DNA from: Candidatus Woesearchaeota archaeon
GTDB taxonomy: Archaea; Nanobdellota; Nanobdellia; Woesearchaeales; JAHWIC01
Assembly (NCBI GenBank): GCA_019322485.1
Contig: JAHWIK010000015.1
Span: 23,216-87,215 of the forward strand
Length of the DNA: 64,000 bases
Direction of reading: 5' to 3'
The translations under genes were made by a program, and so were the position numbers. Of this stretch, positions 45,449 through 54,976 are shown piece by piece. Each line of letters opens with the position of its first letter. Positions within the stretch are counted from its first letter, which is position 1. The notes under the pieces are model-generated. The model saw only the letters and a program-made list of their open reading frames with translations. It was not told where the DNA came from and made no database searches.

Positions 45449-46522
45449 TTACCTCACTACGTCTATTCCAAGCTCTTCGCTTATCTGCATAGCTTGAGGG
45501 CTTGCTTTTGTGTAGTCAATCTTGCCTAGGATCCATGGAGACTTTACTCCAGTTATTATAGTCATAACTGTTAACTTGCCTTTTAGTGTGTCATCAACTC
45601 TTGCTCCCCAGATAACATTTGCATCAGGGTCAAGGCTTTCAGTTACTTGTTCTCCAACCTTGTTGATTTCATCCAAGGTCATATCTGGACCACCAGCTAT
45701 ATGTATTAATGCGCCTGTTGCTCCTTTGTAGCTTATGTCAAGCAAAGGATTGCTTAATGCTCCCTTTACTGCTTCATCTACTCTGTTGTTTGTGTCAGAA
45801 GCACCAACTCCGATAGCTGCTACTCCGCCGTTTGTCATTATTGTTTTAACATCTGCATAATCAAGGTTAACCAAGCTAGGTATTGCTATTGTCTCAACAA
45901 TTCCTTTTATCATTGTAGCTATTAGTTCGTTAGCTACGGCAAACGCTTGTTTTATAGGCAGGTTACCTGCTATATTTACCAGCCTGTTGTTATCAATGAC
46001 TATAACTGTGTCTGCAACTTGTCTTAATTGCTGCAAGCCAAATTCAGCTTTGTCTACTCTCGCGCGCTCAATCTTAAATGGCATTGTCACTGTTCCTATT
46101 ACTATGGAACCAGTGTCTTTTGCTACTTGTGCTATTATTGGGGCTCCGCCTGTACCTGTGCCGCCACCCATGCCTGCGCAGACAAATACCATGTCTGAGC
46201 TTTTTAGCACTTCTTTTATCTCCTGTATGCTTTCCTGTGCTGCTTCAGCACCTTTCTCTGGATAGCCTCCACAGCCTAGGCCACGAGTTACTTCTTTCCC
46301 AACCAGGAACTTGCGGTCAGAATCAGTTATATCTAAGTGCTGTCTGTCAGTGTTGGCTGCGATTATTTCAGCACCTTTTATACCCTTTTGGTATAGCCAG
46401 CCAACCATGTTATTGCCAGCTCCGCCAATACCAATTACCTTTATATTTGCTTGACCTATGTCAAGTTCTTTTGTTCCCTGTTCTTCTGCGTGTTTTAACG
46501 CACTATCTATTATAAAGTCCAT
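45449..46522 (-). CDS. ftsZ: cell division GTPase FtsZ
   Basis: 'IKVIGIGGAGNNMV' and tubulin signature 'GGGTGTGGAPIIAQVAKD'. Confidence 0.85.
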   Translation of the reverse strand: MDFIIDSALKHAEEQGTKELDIGQANIKVIGIGGAGNNMVGWLYQKGIKGAEIIAANTDRQHLDITDSDRKFLVGKEVTRGLGCGGYPEKGAEAAQESIQEIKEVLKSSDMVFVCAGMGGGTGTGGAPIIAQVAKDTGSIVIGTVTMPFKIERARVDKAEFGLQQLRQVADTVIVIDNNRLVNIAGNLPIKQAFAVANELIATMIKGIVETIAIPSLVNLDYADVKTIMTNGGVAAIGVGASDTNNRVDEAVKGALSNPLLDISYKGATGALIHIAGGPDMTLDEINKVGEQVTESLDPDANVIWGARVDDTLKGKLTVMTIITGVKSPWILGKIDYTKASPQAMQISEELGIDVVR

Positions 46523-46565
46523 TTTTTCTCCCCCATTTTTGTTTTTGTGGTTTTCATAATATATT

Positions 46566-46593
46566 TTTCGATATATACATCGAATTATCGAAA
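46566..46593 (-). promoter_or_regulatory. palindromic AT-rich element 'TTTCGATATATACATCGAATTATCGAAA' 44-72 nt upstream of ftsZ (TATA-like core inside an inverted repeat)
   Basis: Inverted repeat ttcgata/tatcgaa flanking 'atatata'; two further 'TTTCGCCAAAA' direct repeats at 46687 and 46747. Confidence 0.3.
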
Positions 46594-46839
46594 TATTTAA
46601 ATAGGAGCTTATACTATATACTCCTTAGAACGGGTTTAACACTTGCGCCAACAGGTGTTTAAGCTTGTGCACGGCGGTTTGACTATCTTTCGCCAAAAGG
46701 ATTCCAAAAACCGCTTTTTTCAACCAACAAACGTTTTTAATTGAGTTTTTCGCCAAAAAAACCCAATAGACACGATTTCTATTTTATTATACACATATGT
46801 ATACTAGTATTTAAATTTTTCTATTATAGATTATATAAA

Positions 46840-47499
46840 TCAACGTTTGAGCTTTTCCTTAACTTTCTCAGAAATCTTTTCATGCAGTTTCTTTAGGCTT
46901 TTTACTCCTTCTTTTAGGTATATCTCTGTTCTCTTGGACCACCAGCCCCAGGATGAAGGAGGTATATGCTTTCTTGATCCCCATCTGTTCACAAAGAATA
47001 TTGCAAAGGCCCTGTTCTTTGGTGGCGGCTCTGGTTCTTCAGCAGCATAACCCACTGTAATAATAGCCTGAGGTATCACTTCCTCTGGCAGGCCTAAAGC
47101 CCTGCGCATCATGTCTTCATCAAAGGCACTAACCCAGCAGGCACCTAAGCCAAGTGCATGGGCTGCTATTAACATGTTTTCTGCAGCAGCAGCACAATTC
47201 TGTATTGCGTATAAACGCTCGCCTCTGACACCATAGAATCTTTTTACTTTCTCAGGCACTGCTATGATAGCAAAGTGTACTGGCGCTTGAACCATCCATG
47301 TTTGTTGCAAGGCGGCTTCAGCTACCTGTTTCCTTACTGCCTCTTCCCTGATGATTATAAATTTCCAGCTTTGTATATTTCCTGAAGAAGGAGCCAGCCT
47401 TCCGGAATCTAGGATAGTTGCTATCATATCCCAAGGCACTGCCTTATCCTTGTACTTCCTTACAGACCTTCTTGTAATAATACATTCAATTGCATCCAT
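46840..47499 (-). CDS. nitroreductase-family NAD(P)H-flavin oxidoreductase
   Basis: 'ITRRSVRKYKDKAVPWDMIATILDSGRLAPSSGNIQSWKFIII' nitroreductase N-terminal signature. Confidence 0.7.
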   Translation of the reverse strand: MDAIECIITRRSVRKYKDKAVPWDMIATILDSGRLAPSSGNIQSWKFIIIREEAVRKQVAEAALQQTWMVQAPVHFAIIAVPEKVKRFYGVRGERLYAIQNCAAAAENMLIAAHALGLGACWVSAFDEDMMRRALGLPEEVIPQAIITVGYAAEEPEPPPKNRAFAIFFVNRWGSRKHIPPSSWGWWSKRTEIYLKEGVKSLKKLHEKISEKVKEKLKR

Positions 47500-47541
47500 C
47501 TAACAAGTTTTTTATACTTACTTATATTTATATCTAACGGT

Positions 47542-49299
47542 ATGAAGTATCAAAATCTGGTTAATGTTTATCAAAAACTTGAAGCAACAACAAAGCGCTT
47601 AGAGAAGACCCATATTATCTCTGAGTTTTTGAAAACAATTGAAGCAGAGGATTTACCTAAGGTTATTCTGCTGCTGCAGGGAAAGCTATTTCCAAATTGG
47701 GATCCAAGCAAGATTGGTGTTGCTTCCAGGCTGATTTTGAAGGCTATTGCAATTTCTACTGGAATTGATACGAGCAAGGTTGAGAATAGCTGGAAGCGAA
47801 GCGGTGACCTGGGAAAAACTGCTGAAGAGCTTGTTGTGCTCAAGAAACAGGCAACACTCTTTTCAAAAGAGTTGGATGTAAAGAAGGTCTTTGATAACCT
47901 GAGAAAACTTGCAACCTTGGAAGGAGCAGGCACTGTTGAAAGAAAGATTCAATTAATTGCTGAGTTGCTGACAAGTGCAGAGCCGTTAGAAGCAAGATAT
48001 ATAGTACGGACTGTTTTAGGTGAGCTAAGGGTTGGTGTTGGAGAAGGAAGCTTGCGTGATGCAGTTGTTTGGGCATTCTTTACAGATGAGATAGGCTTTA
48101 CATATAATACTAAAGAAAATAATATTGAGATTGAGAACAGGGATGATTATAACAAGTATGCAAATGCTGTTCAGCAGGCTTACGATTTGACAAATGATTT
48201 TTCTTCTGTTGCTAAGGTTGCTAAGACTGCTGGCATTGATGGCTTGTTGAATATGGAGCTTGAGGTTAACAGGCCTGTTAAGGTTATGCTTGCCATAAAG
48301 GTAAAGGATATTGGTGATGGCTTTGAAAGGGTTGGAAAGCCAGCTGCTGTTGAGTTTAAGTATGACGGCTTTAGGATGCAGATACATAAAGCGCATGATA
48401 AGATAACTATATTTACCCGGCGTTTAGAGGATGTCACAAGACAGTTTCCTGAGGTTGTTAAGTATGTTAAGGATAATGTTAAGGGCAAGGAATTTATTAT
48501 TGATTCTGAGGCTGTTGGTTACGACCCTAAAACAGATAAGTATCTGCCTTTCCAGAGTGTTTCCCAGAGAATAAAAAGAAAGTATGATATTGAGAAGATG
48601 GCTAAGGATTTCCCTGTTGAGCTTAATGTTTTTGATATAATCTATTTTGAGGGAAAGAATCTGATAAAAGAAGGATTTGGCAGAAGACGAGAGGTTCTCT
48701 GGAAGATTGTAAACCAGGTTCCTAAGAGGATAGTTCTTGCAAAGAATCTGATAACCTCTAGTGAGGATGAGGTTAGGGCTTTTTATAATGAATCTTTAGA
48801 GGCTGGCAATGAGGGGATTATGTTTAAGACTCTTGATGCTCCCTACAAGCCTGGTGCTCGTGTTGGCCATATGGTAAAGTTAAAGCCTACAATGGAAACA
48901 CTTGATTTAGTCATAGTTGGTGCTGACTGGGGCGAGGGTAAAAGAGCTTCATGGCTTTCAAGCTTTACAATTGCATGCATTGATGATAATGGAAATTTTC
49001 TTGAGGTTGGAAAGGTTGGCACTGGTATAAAGGAAAAAGAAACTGAAGAAGGGGTAACGTTTAAGCAGCTTACTGAATTGCTTAAGCCTTTGATAATTGC
49101 AGAGAAAGGCAAAGAGGTTAAGATACAGCCGAAGATTGTTATTGAGATAACCTATGAAGAGATACAGAAAAGTCCTACTTATGCTTCTGGTTATGCTTTA
49201 AGGTTTCCTAGGCTGCTTAATATTCGTGAAGACCGTTCTGCTGAGGATATAAGCACTTTAGAGATGGTTGAGGAGTTTTATCTTGGACAGAAGAAATAA
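47542..49299 (+). CDS. lig: ATP-dependent DNA ligase (archaeal Lig)
   Basis: Adenylation motif I 'EFKYDGFRMQIH' (KxDGxR); OB-fold and DNA-binding domain lengths consistent (585 aa). Confidence 0.85.
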   Translation: MKYQNLVNVYQKLEATTKRLEKTHIISEFLKTIEAEDLPKVILLLQGKLFPNWDPSKIGVASRLILKAIAISTGIDTSKVENSWKRSGDLGKTAEELVVLKKQATLFSKELDVKKVFDNLRKLATLEGAGTVERKIQLIAELLTSAEPLEARYIVRTVLGELRVGVGEGSLRDAVVWAFFTDEIGFTYNTKENNIEIENRDDYNKYANAVQQAYDLTNDFSSVAKVAKTAGIDGLLNMELEVNRPVKVMLAIKVKDIGDGFERVGKPAAVEFKYDGFRMQIHKAHDKITIFTRRLEDVTRQFPEVVKYVKDNVKGKEFIIDSEAVGYDPKTDKYLPFQSVSQRIKRKYDIEKMAKDFPVELNVFDIIYFEGKNLIKEGFGRRREVLWKIVNQVPKRIVLAKNLITSSEDEVRAFYNESLEAGNEGIMFKTLDAPYKPGARVGHMVKLKPTMETLDLVIVGADWGEGKRASWLSSFTIACIDDNGNFLEVGKVGTGIKEKETEEGVTFKQLTELLKPLIIAEKGKEVKIQPKIVIEITYEEIQKSPTYASGYALRFPRLLNIREDRSAEDISTLEMVEEFYLGQKK

Positions 49300-50502
49300 T
49301 TATTTATTCGGAACAAAATACATTATTCCTAATCCTATAACAAAGAATCCCATCAACAGCCATAAAGCTGGCTGGTAGCCTGCTCTGACAACAATAAAAC
49401 CAAACAGTACAGGTCCAATCAAGCCAGAGAATTTCTCTGTTAAACCTTGGAAGCCGAAGAATTGCGCCAACTTGTTCTTTGGGCTTAGGTGTACTAACAT
49501 TGGCCTGTTTAAGGTCCAGATTGCACCTAAGGCTGCTCCGCCAAGGCAGCCAGCTATTATGAATGTAACTACATTGTTAACCTTCATTAATAAGTATATG
49601 ATTCCAATCCAAAGAAACAAAGCAGTAACTATAGATCTCTTTGAGCCGATCTTGTCTCCAAGTTTTCCGAATATTAAAGCACCTAAAGCAGAGGTTAAAG
49701 CCATTCCTGCATAAGCATAAAAGAAATTAACCATACTGATTCCTATTTGCTCGCGGCCGTAAAGATAAAGGAATACAATTGCAGTATTCATTCCGTCTGT
49801 ATATAACAAACAAGCTATTAAGAAAATGAATAAGCTCTTGTGTTTTCTTGCCTCCCTGAAGGTTGATTTAATTGCTGAATAGGCTTTTTTAATCCCTTCT
49901 TTTAGGCTTACTGTTGCTTTTCTTACTTTGTCTTTGACAAGGATGAAGGTGATTATTGAAAAACCTAGGAAGAAAATTGCTGTTGCTGGAAAGATTGATT
50001 TTACTGCTGCTTCTGTTTCCCAGCCAAGCATACTCATTAATATGTATGCCATGACCAGGCTTAGGATTGTTCCAACATAACCCATTGCAACACCATAGCC
50101 AGAGATCTTTGACATATTCTTTTTTGTCGAGATATCTGTTAGTATTGCATCATAGACATCCAGGCATGCATGGAAGGTAAGTGTTGCAAATACTCCAAGA
50201 ATTAAGGCACCATACAATCCAATATAAGGTGTTAATGCTGTTGCAGTAACGCAAAGCAGGGTAAAGAAAATAACATAAGGCATCTTCCTTCCAGTTGAGT
50301 CAGATAAAGCACCAATAAAAGGAACAAATACGCCAGCAAGGAATATTCCAAGGCTTGTTACTAAGCCCACATGGAATTCATTCCCGCCCAAGAAAACCTT
50401 GATTAAAACAGGAAAGAAGAATGTTACATATAAAGCAGAGAAAGCAGTATTTGCTAAGTCATATATTGTCCAGCCAAAGATTTTTTTTGTTAGTTTCTTC
50501 AC
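49300..50502 (-). CDS. MFS-type transporter (12 TM)
   Basis: Twelve hydrophobic segments with a central loop; starts 1 nt after the ligase stop on the opposite strand. Confidence 0.6.
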   Translation of the reverse strand: MKKLTKKIFGWTIYDLANTAFSALYVTFFFPVLIKVFLGGNEFHVGLVTSLGIFLAGVFVPFIGALSDSTGRKMPYVIFFTLLCVTATALTPYIGLYGALILGVFATLTFHACLDVYDAILTDISTKKNMSKISGYGVAMGYVGTILSLVMAYILMSMLGWETEAAVKSIFPATAIFFLGFSIITFILVKDKVRKATVSLKEGIKKAYSAIKSTFREARKHKSLFIFLIACLLYTDGMNTAIVFLYLYGREQIGISMVNFFYAYAGMALTSALGALIFGKLGDKIGSKRSIVTALFLWIGIIYLLMKVNNVVTFIIAGCLGGAALGAIWTLNRPMLVHLSPKNKLAQFFGFQGLTEKFSGLIGPVLFGFIVVRAGYQPALWLLMGFFVIGLGIMYFVPNK

Positions 50503-50619
50503 AAGCTTCTTTCTGATATAATAGTATAAAATCTTTTTGGTTTACTATCTCTATTGTTTACTATTTTGTAGTGGTAAAATTGAAAAGCTTTATATATAAA
50601 AAACCATTTTGGTCCTATT

Positions 50620-52584
50620 ATGGTACCAGATAATGGAGAAAAGGATACTGGTAACTCTACAGAAGGACCTCCAGAGGACACCCAAGGAGAACCTACAGAG
50701 AGCCCTACAGAAGCCTCTACAGAAGAACCTGAAGAAGAAAAGCTTCTAGTAATAAGACCTTTTGATGAGGTTAAGGCGGATTTGATAAGGCTATCTGAAT
50801 CAACGGATGATGCTGAGAAGGAAGTGATTCGTGGTAGGTTACATGAGGACTTCGATTCTGTCTATCCTATGTTAAAGGGACTGCCTCGCGGGGAAGATGC
50901 TACACTTCTTTCCTACCCTGGGCAAGAGAATATGGTTTCTGCTGTGGATATGGTTGCTAAAAAACCCAAAAAGAAATATGTAGATATGGCAAGCCAACAA
51001 CTAGGCAGGCTTTATGAATCGTATCAGGCAGAGGTTCTTCAAGCGAAATGGAATACTGAAGCTGAGAAACTGCAGTCAGCAGTAGCAAACCCACAAGAGA
51101 CAATAACCCATCTAAGAACTTCCCTTTCTTCTCATCTGTCAGGGCTTCATAGAGATGTTCGTGCTTGTACCATCGACCTATTAATAAAATATAGGGACTT
51201 TAAAATAGGGGAAGATCCTGCTCGGGATGAGGAGAGGATCACTGATAGTTTGCTTGACCCTGAAGATGGGTATTACATCTTAGGTTATACCATAAGGATT
51301 TTTGAGGATGTAAGCGCTAGATATAATGATGTCCGGCTTAAGCAACTTGCACTGAATCCAAGTATTGCTGATACAGCCCGTACCTTATTGCAGATAGTTA
51401 ATGAGGCTCGAAAGATAACTGGGGAGGCTGGCCTTAGTTTAGAAATCTCGTGCAGGGAAGAACTTGAAGCTATGCTGGAGAAAGGAGAGCCTTCTCCTGC
51501 TGATTCAGAGAGGATACTTGCCACTAATAACGAAATACTAATACAACTTGGTAATTTCTTGCTTGATGCTGTTCAAGGCACAAGTTTAGAAGGTAAGTTG
51601 GATTATAAGAAACAAGACTTGCCTGAGAGAGAGCAGGCAGATAAACCAAAAGCGCCACGCAGGGAATATAAAAGGTCTGCTCCGAGCAGGGTATTTTCAA
51701 ATGAATCTCACTCTGAACTTGCAGGTCTTATTTGCACGCTTTCTGCTTCAGAGAATAACGAGGAGTGGGCAGAGATGAGGGGGTGTATAAAAGGAATGCT
51801 GAGTGAGGCGTATAGAGCAATAGGGATAACAGAGGCACATGTGAACGAAATACGTTTGACCTATCCTAAAGAGGAGGAGTTATGTTCTTTGGCTGATAAA
51901 ATTCCTGAACAAAAGGAGACAACTTATGAATTAACTGCTAAGGTGAGAGCTCTTTATGAAGCTGGCACTGCTTACACTGCCCTGGCTTTTTGGAAGAGAT
52001 GGGTGGCTTCATTAAAGGAAGAGTTGGCAACTGAATCTATGGTATATGATACCTGGAAAGGTGCTTTATCAACTTATATGAAGCATTGCGCACCTGAATC
52101 TAGGGACGAAGTTAATAAACGTTTGATAGCGCGTAGAAGGTCAGTCATGGGAGAAGAAGAAAGCCAGAAGTATAGTGATGAGGAAATACTTTTAGCAGTA
52201 AATTCCGAGCTGGATGACAGAGGTAGGCCTGATTTAATGTTAGATCATTCTGCAATATTTTTTGAGGTTGCTATAGAAGATTACGCTCGTTTAGCAAATG
52301 ATGTATGTAAGAAATGGAGGGGCACAACTGAGTTTATTGGTGCTATGCTTAGGTTTTGTGGCGGTGTTTCTCCTTTGGCAGGCTCGTTAGGTATAACTGC
52401 AGATGATTCAGACAGCACCAAACTTAAGGAGTCGTATGAAAAAGGGCTGGGCTATGTTATGGAAGATGAGCATGACCCAAAAGATGTTGCTAATACTTTA
52501 GGTACTTCAAAGAATGTATTGAAGCAGTACGGGGAAATTTATATTAAAATTCTTGAGAAGGTTGCTGAAGAGAAACAGAAATAA
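50620..52584 (+). CDS. hypothetical acidic protein (654 aa) with an N-terminal low-complexity T/E/P region
   Basis: Long ORF, no recognisable domain; its stop codon directly abuts a convergent tRNA gene. Confidence 0.4.
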   Translation: MVPDNGEKDTGNSTEGPPEDTQGEPTESPTEASTEEPEEEKLLVIRPFDEVKADLIRLSESTDDAEKEVIRGRLHEDFDSVYPMLKGLPRGEDATLLSYPGQENMVSAVDMVAKKPKKKYVDMASQQLGRLYESYQAEVLQAKWNTEAEKLQSAVANPQETITHLRTSLSSHLSGLHRDVRACTIDLLIKYRDFKIGEDPARDEERITDSLLDPEDGYYILGYTIRIFEDVSARYNDVRLKQLALNPSIADTARTLLQIVNEARKITGEAGLSLEISCREELEAMLEKGEPSPADSERILATNNEILIQLGNFLLDAVQGTSLEGKLDYKKQDLPEREQADKPKAPRREYKRSAPSRVFSNESHSELAGLICTLSASENNEEWAEMRGCIKGMLSEAYRAIGITEAHVNEIRLTYPKEEELCSLADKIPEQKETTYELTAKVRALYEAGTAYTALAFWKRWVASLKEELATESMVYDTWKGALSTYMKHCAPESRDEVNKRLIARRRSVMGEEESQKYSDEEILLAVNSELDDRGRPDLMLDHSAIFFEVAIEDYARLANDVCKKWRGTTEFIGAMLRFCGGVSPLAGSLGITADDSDSTKLKESYEKGLGYVMEDEHDPKDVANTLGTSKNVLKQYGEIYIKILEKVAEEKQK

Positions 52585-52700
52585 TGCCCCTGCCGAGAAT
52601 CGAACTCGGGTCTTCAGGTTTTTGCAAAATTGCCGCAACCTAATATTCTTTTTGGCTATGCCGAACCTTGTTCAGCAAGTATCCACTATACTACAGGGGC
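52585..52700 (-). tRNA. intron-containing tRNA (116 nt; acceptor GCCCCUG/CAGGGGC-A, canonical T-arm CCGAG-UUCGAUU-CUCGG); anticodon not confidently assigned
   Basis: Hand fold gives a 7-bp acceptor, a D-arm with GG in the loop, an intact T-arm and ~40 extra nt containing a BHB-like hairpin (AGGUUGC...GCAAAAACCU). Confidence 0.5.
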
Positions 52701-52712
52701 AATAATTTGTTT

Positions 52713-53264
52713 TTAATCTGACTCTTTTAATAAACCTTTCTTAACTTTGAGGAAGAAATCCTGGTTTTCTTTTAGTTTGTAATCAGCAAAGGTATGGTTA
52801 AATTCAATAATCTCATCACCATTAAATCCCAGAACTTTATGCAAGAATATTCCATCTCCAATCTCTGTTTTAAACGGCCTGTGCTTTAAGCTTGCCATGA
52901 AAACTCCTTCTTCAGAAATATATCCAGGATCAATGTTAACTGTTCTTTTGTTATCAATTCTAAATTTGTCTTCAATCTTTCCGGTTTGGATTCTTATTTT
53001 TGCTAATTCTTCATCATTAATTATTTTTTTAAAAGAAATAAACCTCTTTTTTAGATTCTTTCCAGATTCTTTTTCGTAATAATCGGTAAAAGTAAAATCA
53101 TACTCTCCACTTTCATCATCAATTTCTCCAAATTGATTTTTCAATTCAATAACTGCTTTATCAAGAGCTTCTTTTTCTGAGTACATTACAGCCATTAATA
53201 GTTTCATCTTAACCATTATTTCAATCTTAATAAAAATAAATCTGAAAATTCCTTTCACAATCAC
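52713..53264 (-). CDS. hypothetical protein (start possibly at the internal Met 'MKLLMAV')
   Basis: ORF only; no motif recognised. Confidence 0.35.
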   Translation of the reverse strand: MIVKGIFRFIFIKIEIMVKMKLLMAVMYSEKEALDKAVIELKNQFGEIDDESGEYDFTFTDYYEKESGKNLKKRFISFKKIINDEELAKIRIQTGKIEDKFRIDNKRTVNIDPGYISEEGVFMASLKHRPFKTEIGDGIFLHKVLGFNGDEIIEFNHTFADYKLKENQDFFLKVKKGLLKESD

Positions 53265-53375
53265 TATAAAGGAATTTTCATCTGCTTAATTTACTTCATG
53301 ACATATGATGAGTTTTGCTTTAAAGGATGGAAGAAGGCAAAACTCAGATTTATTTCTTTTTATTGATTATTTTTC

Positions 53376-54944
53376 TCATTGATTCCAATCTTTAAGACTA
53401 ATCTGTCCTTTTCTCTTGCGTTCAGGAACTTTTGATTTATCTATGTCCTCGCCAACCTGCTTCTTGACGTCAATCGCAACCTTTTTCCCAAGTATTTGGA
53501 CTAGTTTTGTGATGTCAGCTTTCTTCACACCTGAAACATCCTTAATCTTGTTTCTGAATAAAGCTCTTGCACGCACTCTTCCAACATTCTTTATCCTAAG
53601 CAGAGGCAGCAGCTCTTCCTTAACACCATACTTAAGCCTTAACCTAAGCTTTATTATCTCGCTTATCAAAGATTTCAGCTTAAGAATCCTGCACAGCTCT
53701 TCTGCTGCATAAAGAAGCCAGTCCGCATTATCCACTTTAACCCGCAATTCACCAGGCCTTACATTAAACTCTTCAAGAATAAATTCCTCATCCTTTTCAT
53801 CTATCCAGTTCTGCATGAATAAGGCAGTCTTAACTGAGCTGAGAAAATCCTCATATTCTGGGTCATACATAGATGGAATCTCTTCCAGTATAGAGTCATG
53901 GTATGTCACCAAAGCTTCTTCTATTTTCTCGTATTCCTTTACCCTTACCTTGAGCAGGGGCCTTATTTCTAGTGTGTGCGATACCATCTGCAGGAATGAA
54001 AATGCTTCTGTCCTGTTATGGGCCTTTTTTAGACATTCAATAAAGAAATGCGCTGTCAGAGGGTCAATATAAAGCTCAGCAACCCTTTTTCCTAGGATTG
54101 TTGCCTTGTACTTTTCATTTCCAAATTCATCAGCTGTTTGGAAGTCAGCACTTTTGCTTGTGGATGTTAAGAATCCCCAGTCCTCAAGCAGGGTCAGCAT
54201 CCTCATGATAATCTCTTCAAGCTTTTCCATATCCTTGAACTGATAAGCCCAGAATGTTTTTTCAAAAAAATCAAGAATGCTTTTCTTGTCATTGATAAAG
54301 TTAGCAGCAATCAATGACAGCAGATAAGTCCTGAGAACAGGCTCGACTGCAAGCTTTGAATAGATGTCTTCCGGCTCTCCCAGGATATATTTCTCATGAA
54401 TCTTTTTTTTCTCAGGCTTTGTTGCAGCTATTGCTATTGCCTGGCCTTCCTTGTCATAATTAGGACGGCCGGCACGGCCAGCCATCTGCAGATATTCTAG
54501 GACAGGGATAAACTGCATTCCACGATGACCGTAACGCCTTAAATCCTTGAGGATAGCCCTGAATGCAGGCAAATCAACTCCTAAGGCGAGTGTTGGTGTG
54601 GCACAGATAATCTTTATTGTTCTGTCCCTGAAAGAATTCTCAATTAATTCTTTTTGCTTATGGGTTAAGCCTGCGTGATGGAATGCAATGCCTTTCTTGA
54701 CGCATGAAGCCAGCCTTTCACACTGCCTTGTTGGCCTTGAAAGAACTTTTAGTACAGCTTCAGAAAGTTCTTGAAGTTTTTTATCACTTATTTTGGCTTT
54801 TTTAGAAATCTCTTCTGCAGTTTTTTCAGCAGAGCGCTTTGTATTCACGAATACAATCGCCTGTTTATTTTTATTTATAGTATCTAATGCAAGGTTTATT
54901 GTTGCATCATCAGCATTCCCGCTAATCTTTACTGTTTTATCCAT
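53376..54944 (-). CDS. hel308: Hel308/Ski2-like DNA helicase, C-terminal portion only (RecA2 + winged-helix + ratchet + HLH domains); the RecA1/Walker domain is absent
   Basis: Motif IV 'AIVFVNTKRSAE', motif V 'ATPTLALGVDLPA' and motif VI 'YLQMAGRAGRP' are present. No Walker A/DEAH motifs. The ORF begins ~200 aa into the expected protein. Confidence 0.65.
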   Translation of the reverse strand: MDKTVKISGNADDATINLALDTINKNKQAIVFVNTKRSAEKTAEEISKKAKISDKKLQELSEAVLKVLSRPTRQCERLASCVKKGIAFHHAGLTHKQKELIENSFRDRTIKIICATPTLALGVDLPAFRAILKDLRRYGHRGMQFIPVLEYLQMAGRAGRPNYDKEGQAIAIAATKPEKKKIHEKYILGEPEDIYSKLAVEPVLRTYLLSLIAANFINDKKSILDFFEKTFWAYQFKDMEKLEEIIMRMLTLLEDWGFLTSTSKSADFQTADEFGNEKYKATILGKRVAELYIDPLTAHFFIECLKKAHNRTEAFSFLQMVSHTLEIRPLLKVRVKEYEKIEEALVTYHDSILEEIPSMYDPEYEDFLSSVKTALFMQNWIDEKDEEFILEEFNVRPGELRVKVDNADWLLYAAEELCRILKLKSLISEIIKLRLRLKYGVKEELLPLLRIKNVGRVRARALFRNKIKDVSGVKKADITKLVQILGKKVAIDVKKQVGEDIDKSKVPERKRKGQISLKDWNQ

Positions 54945-54976
54945 GAAAAAACAAGAAGAAATACGAATATAAATAG

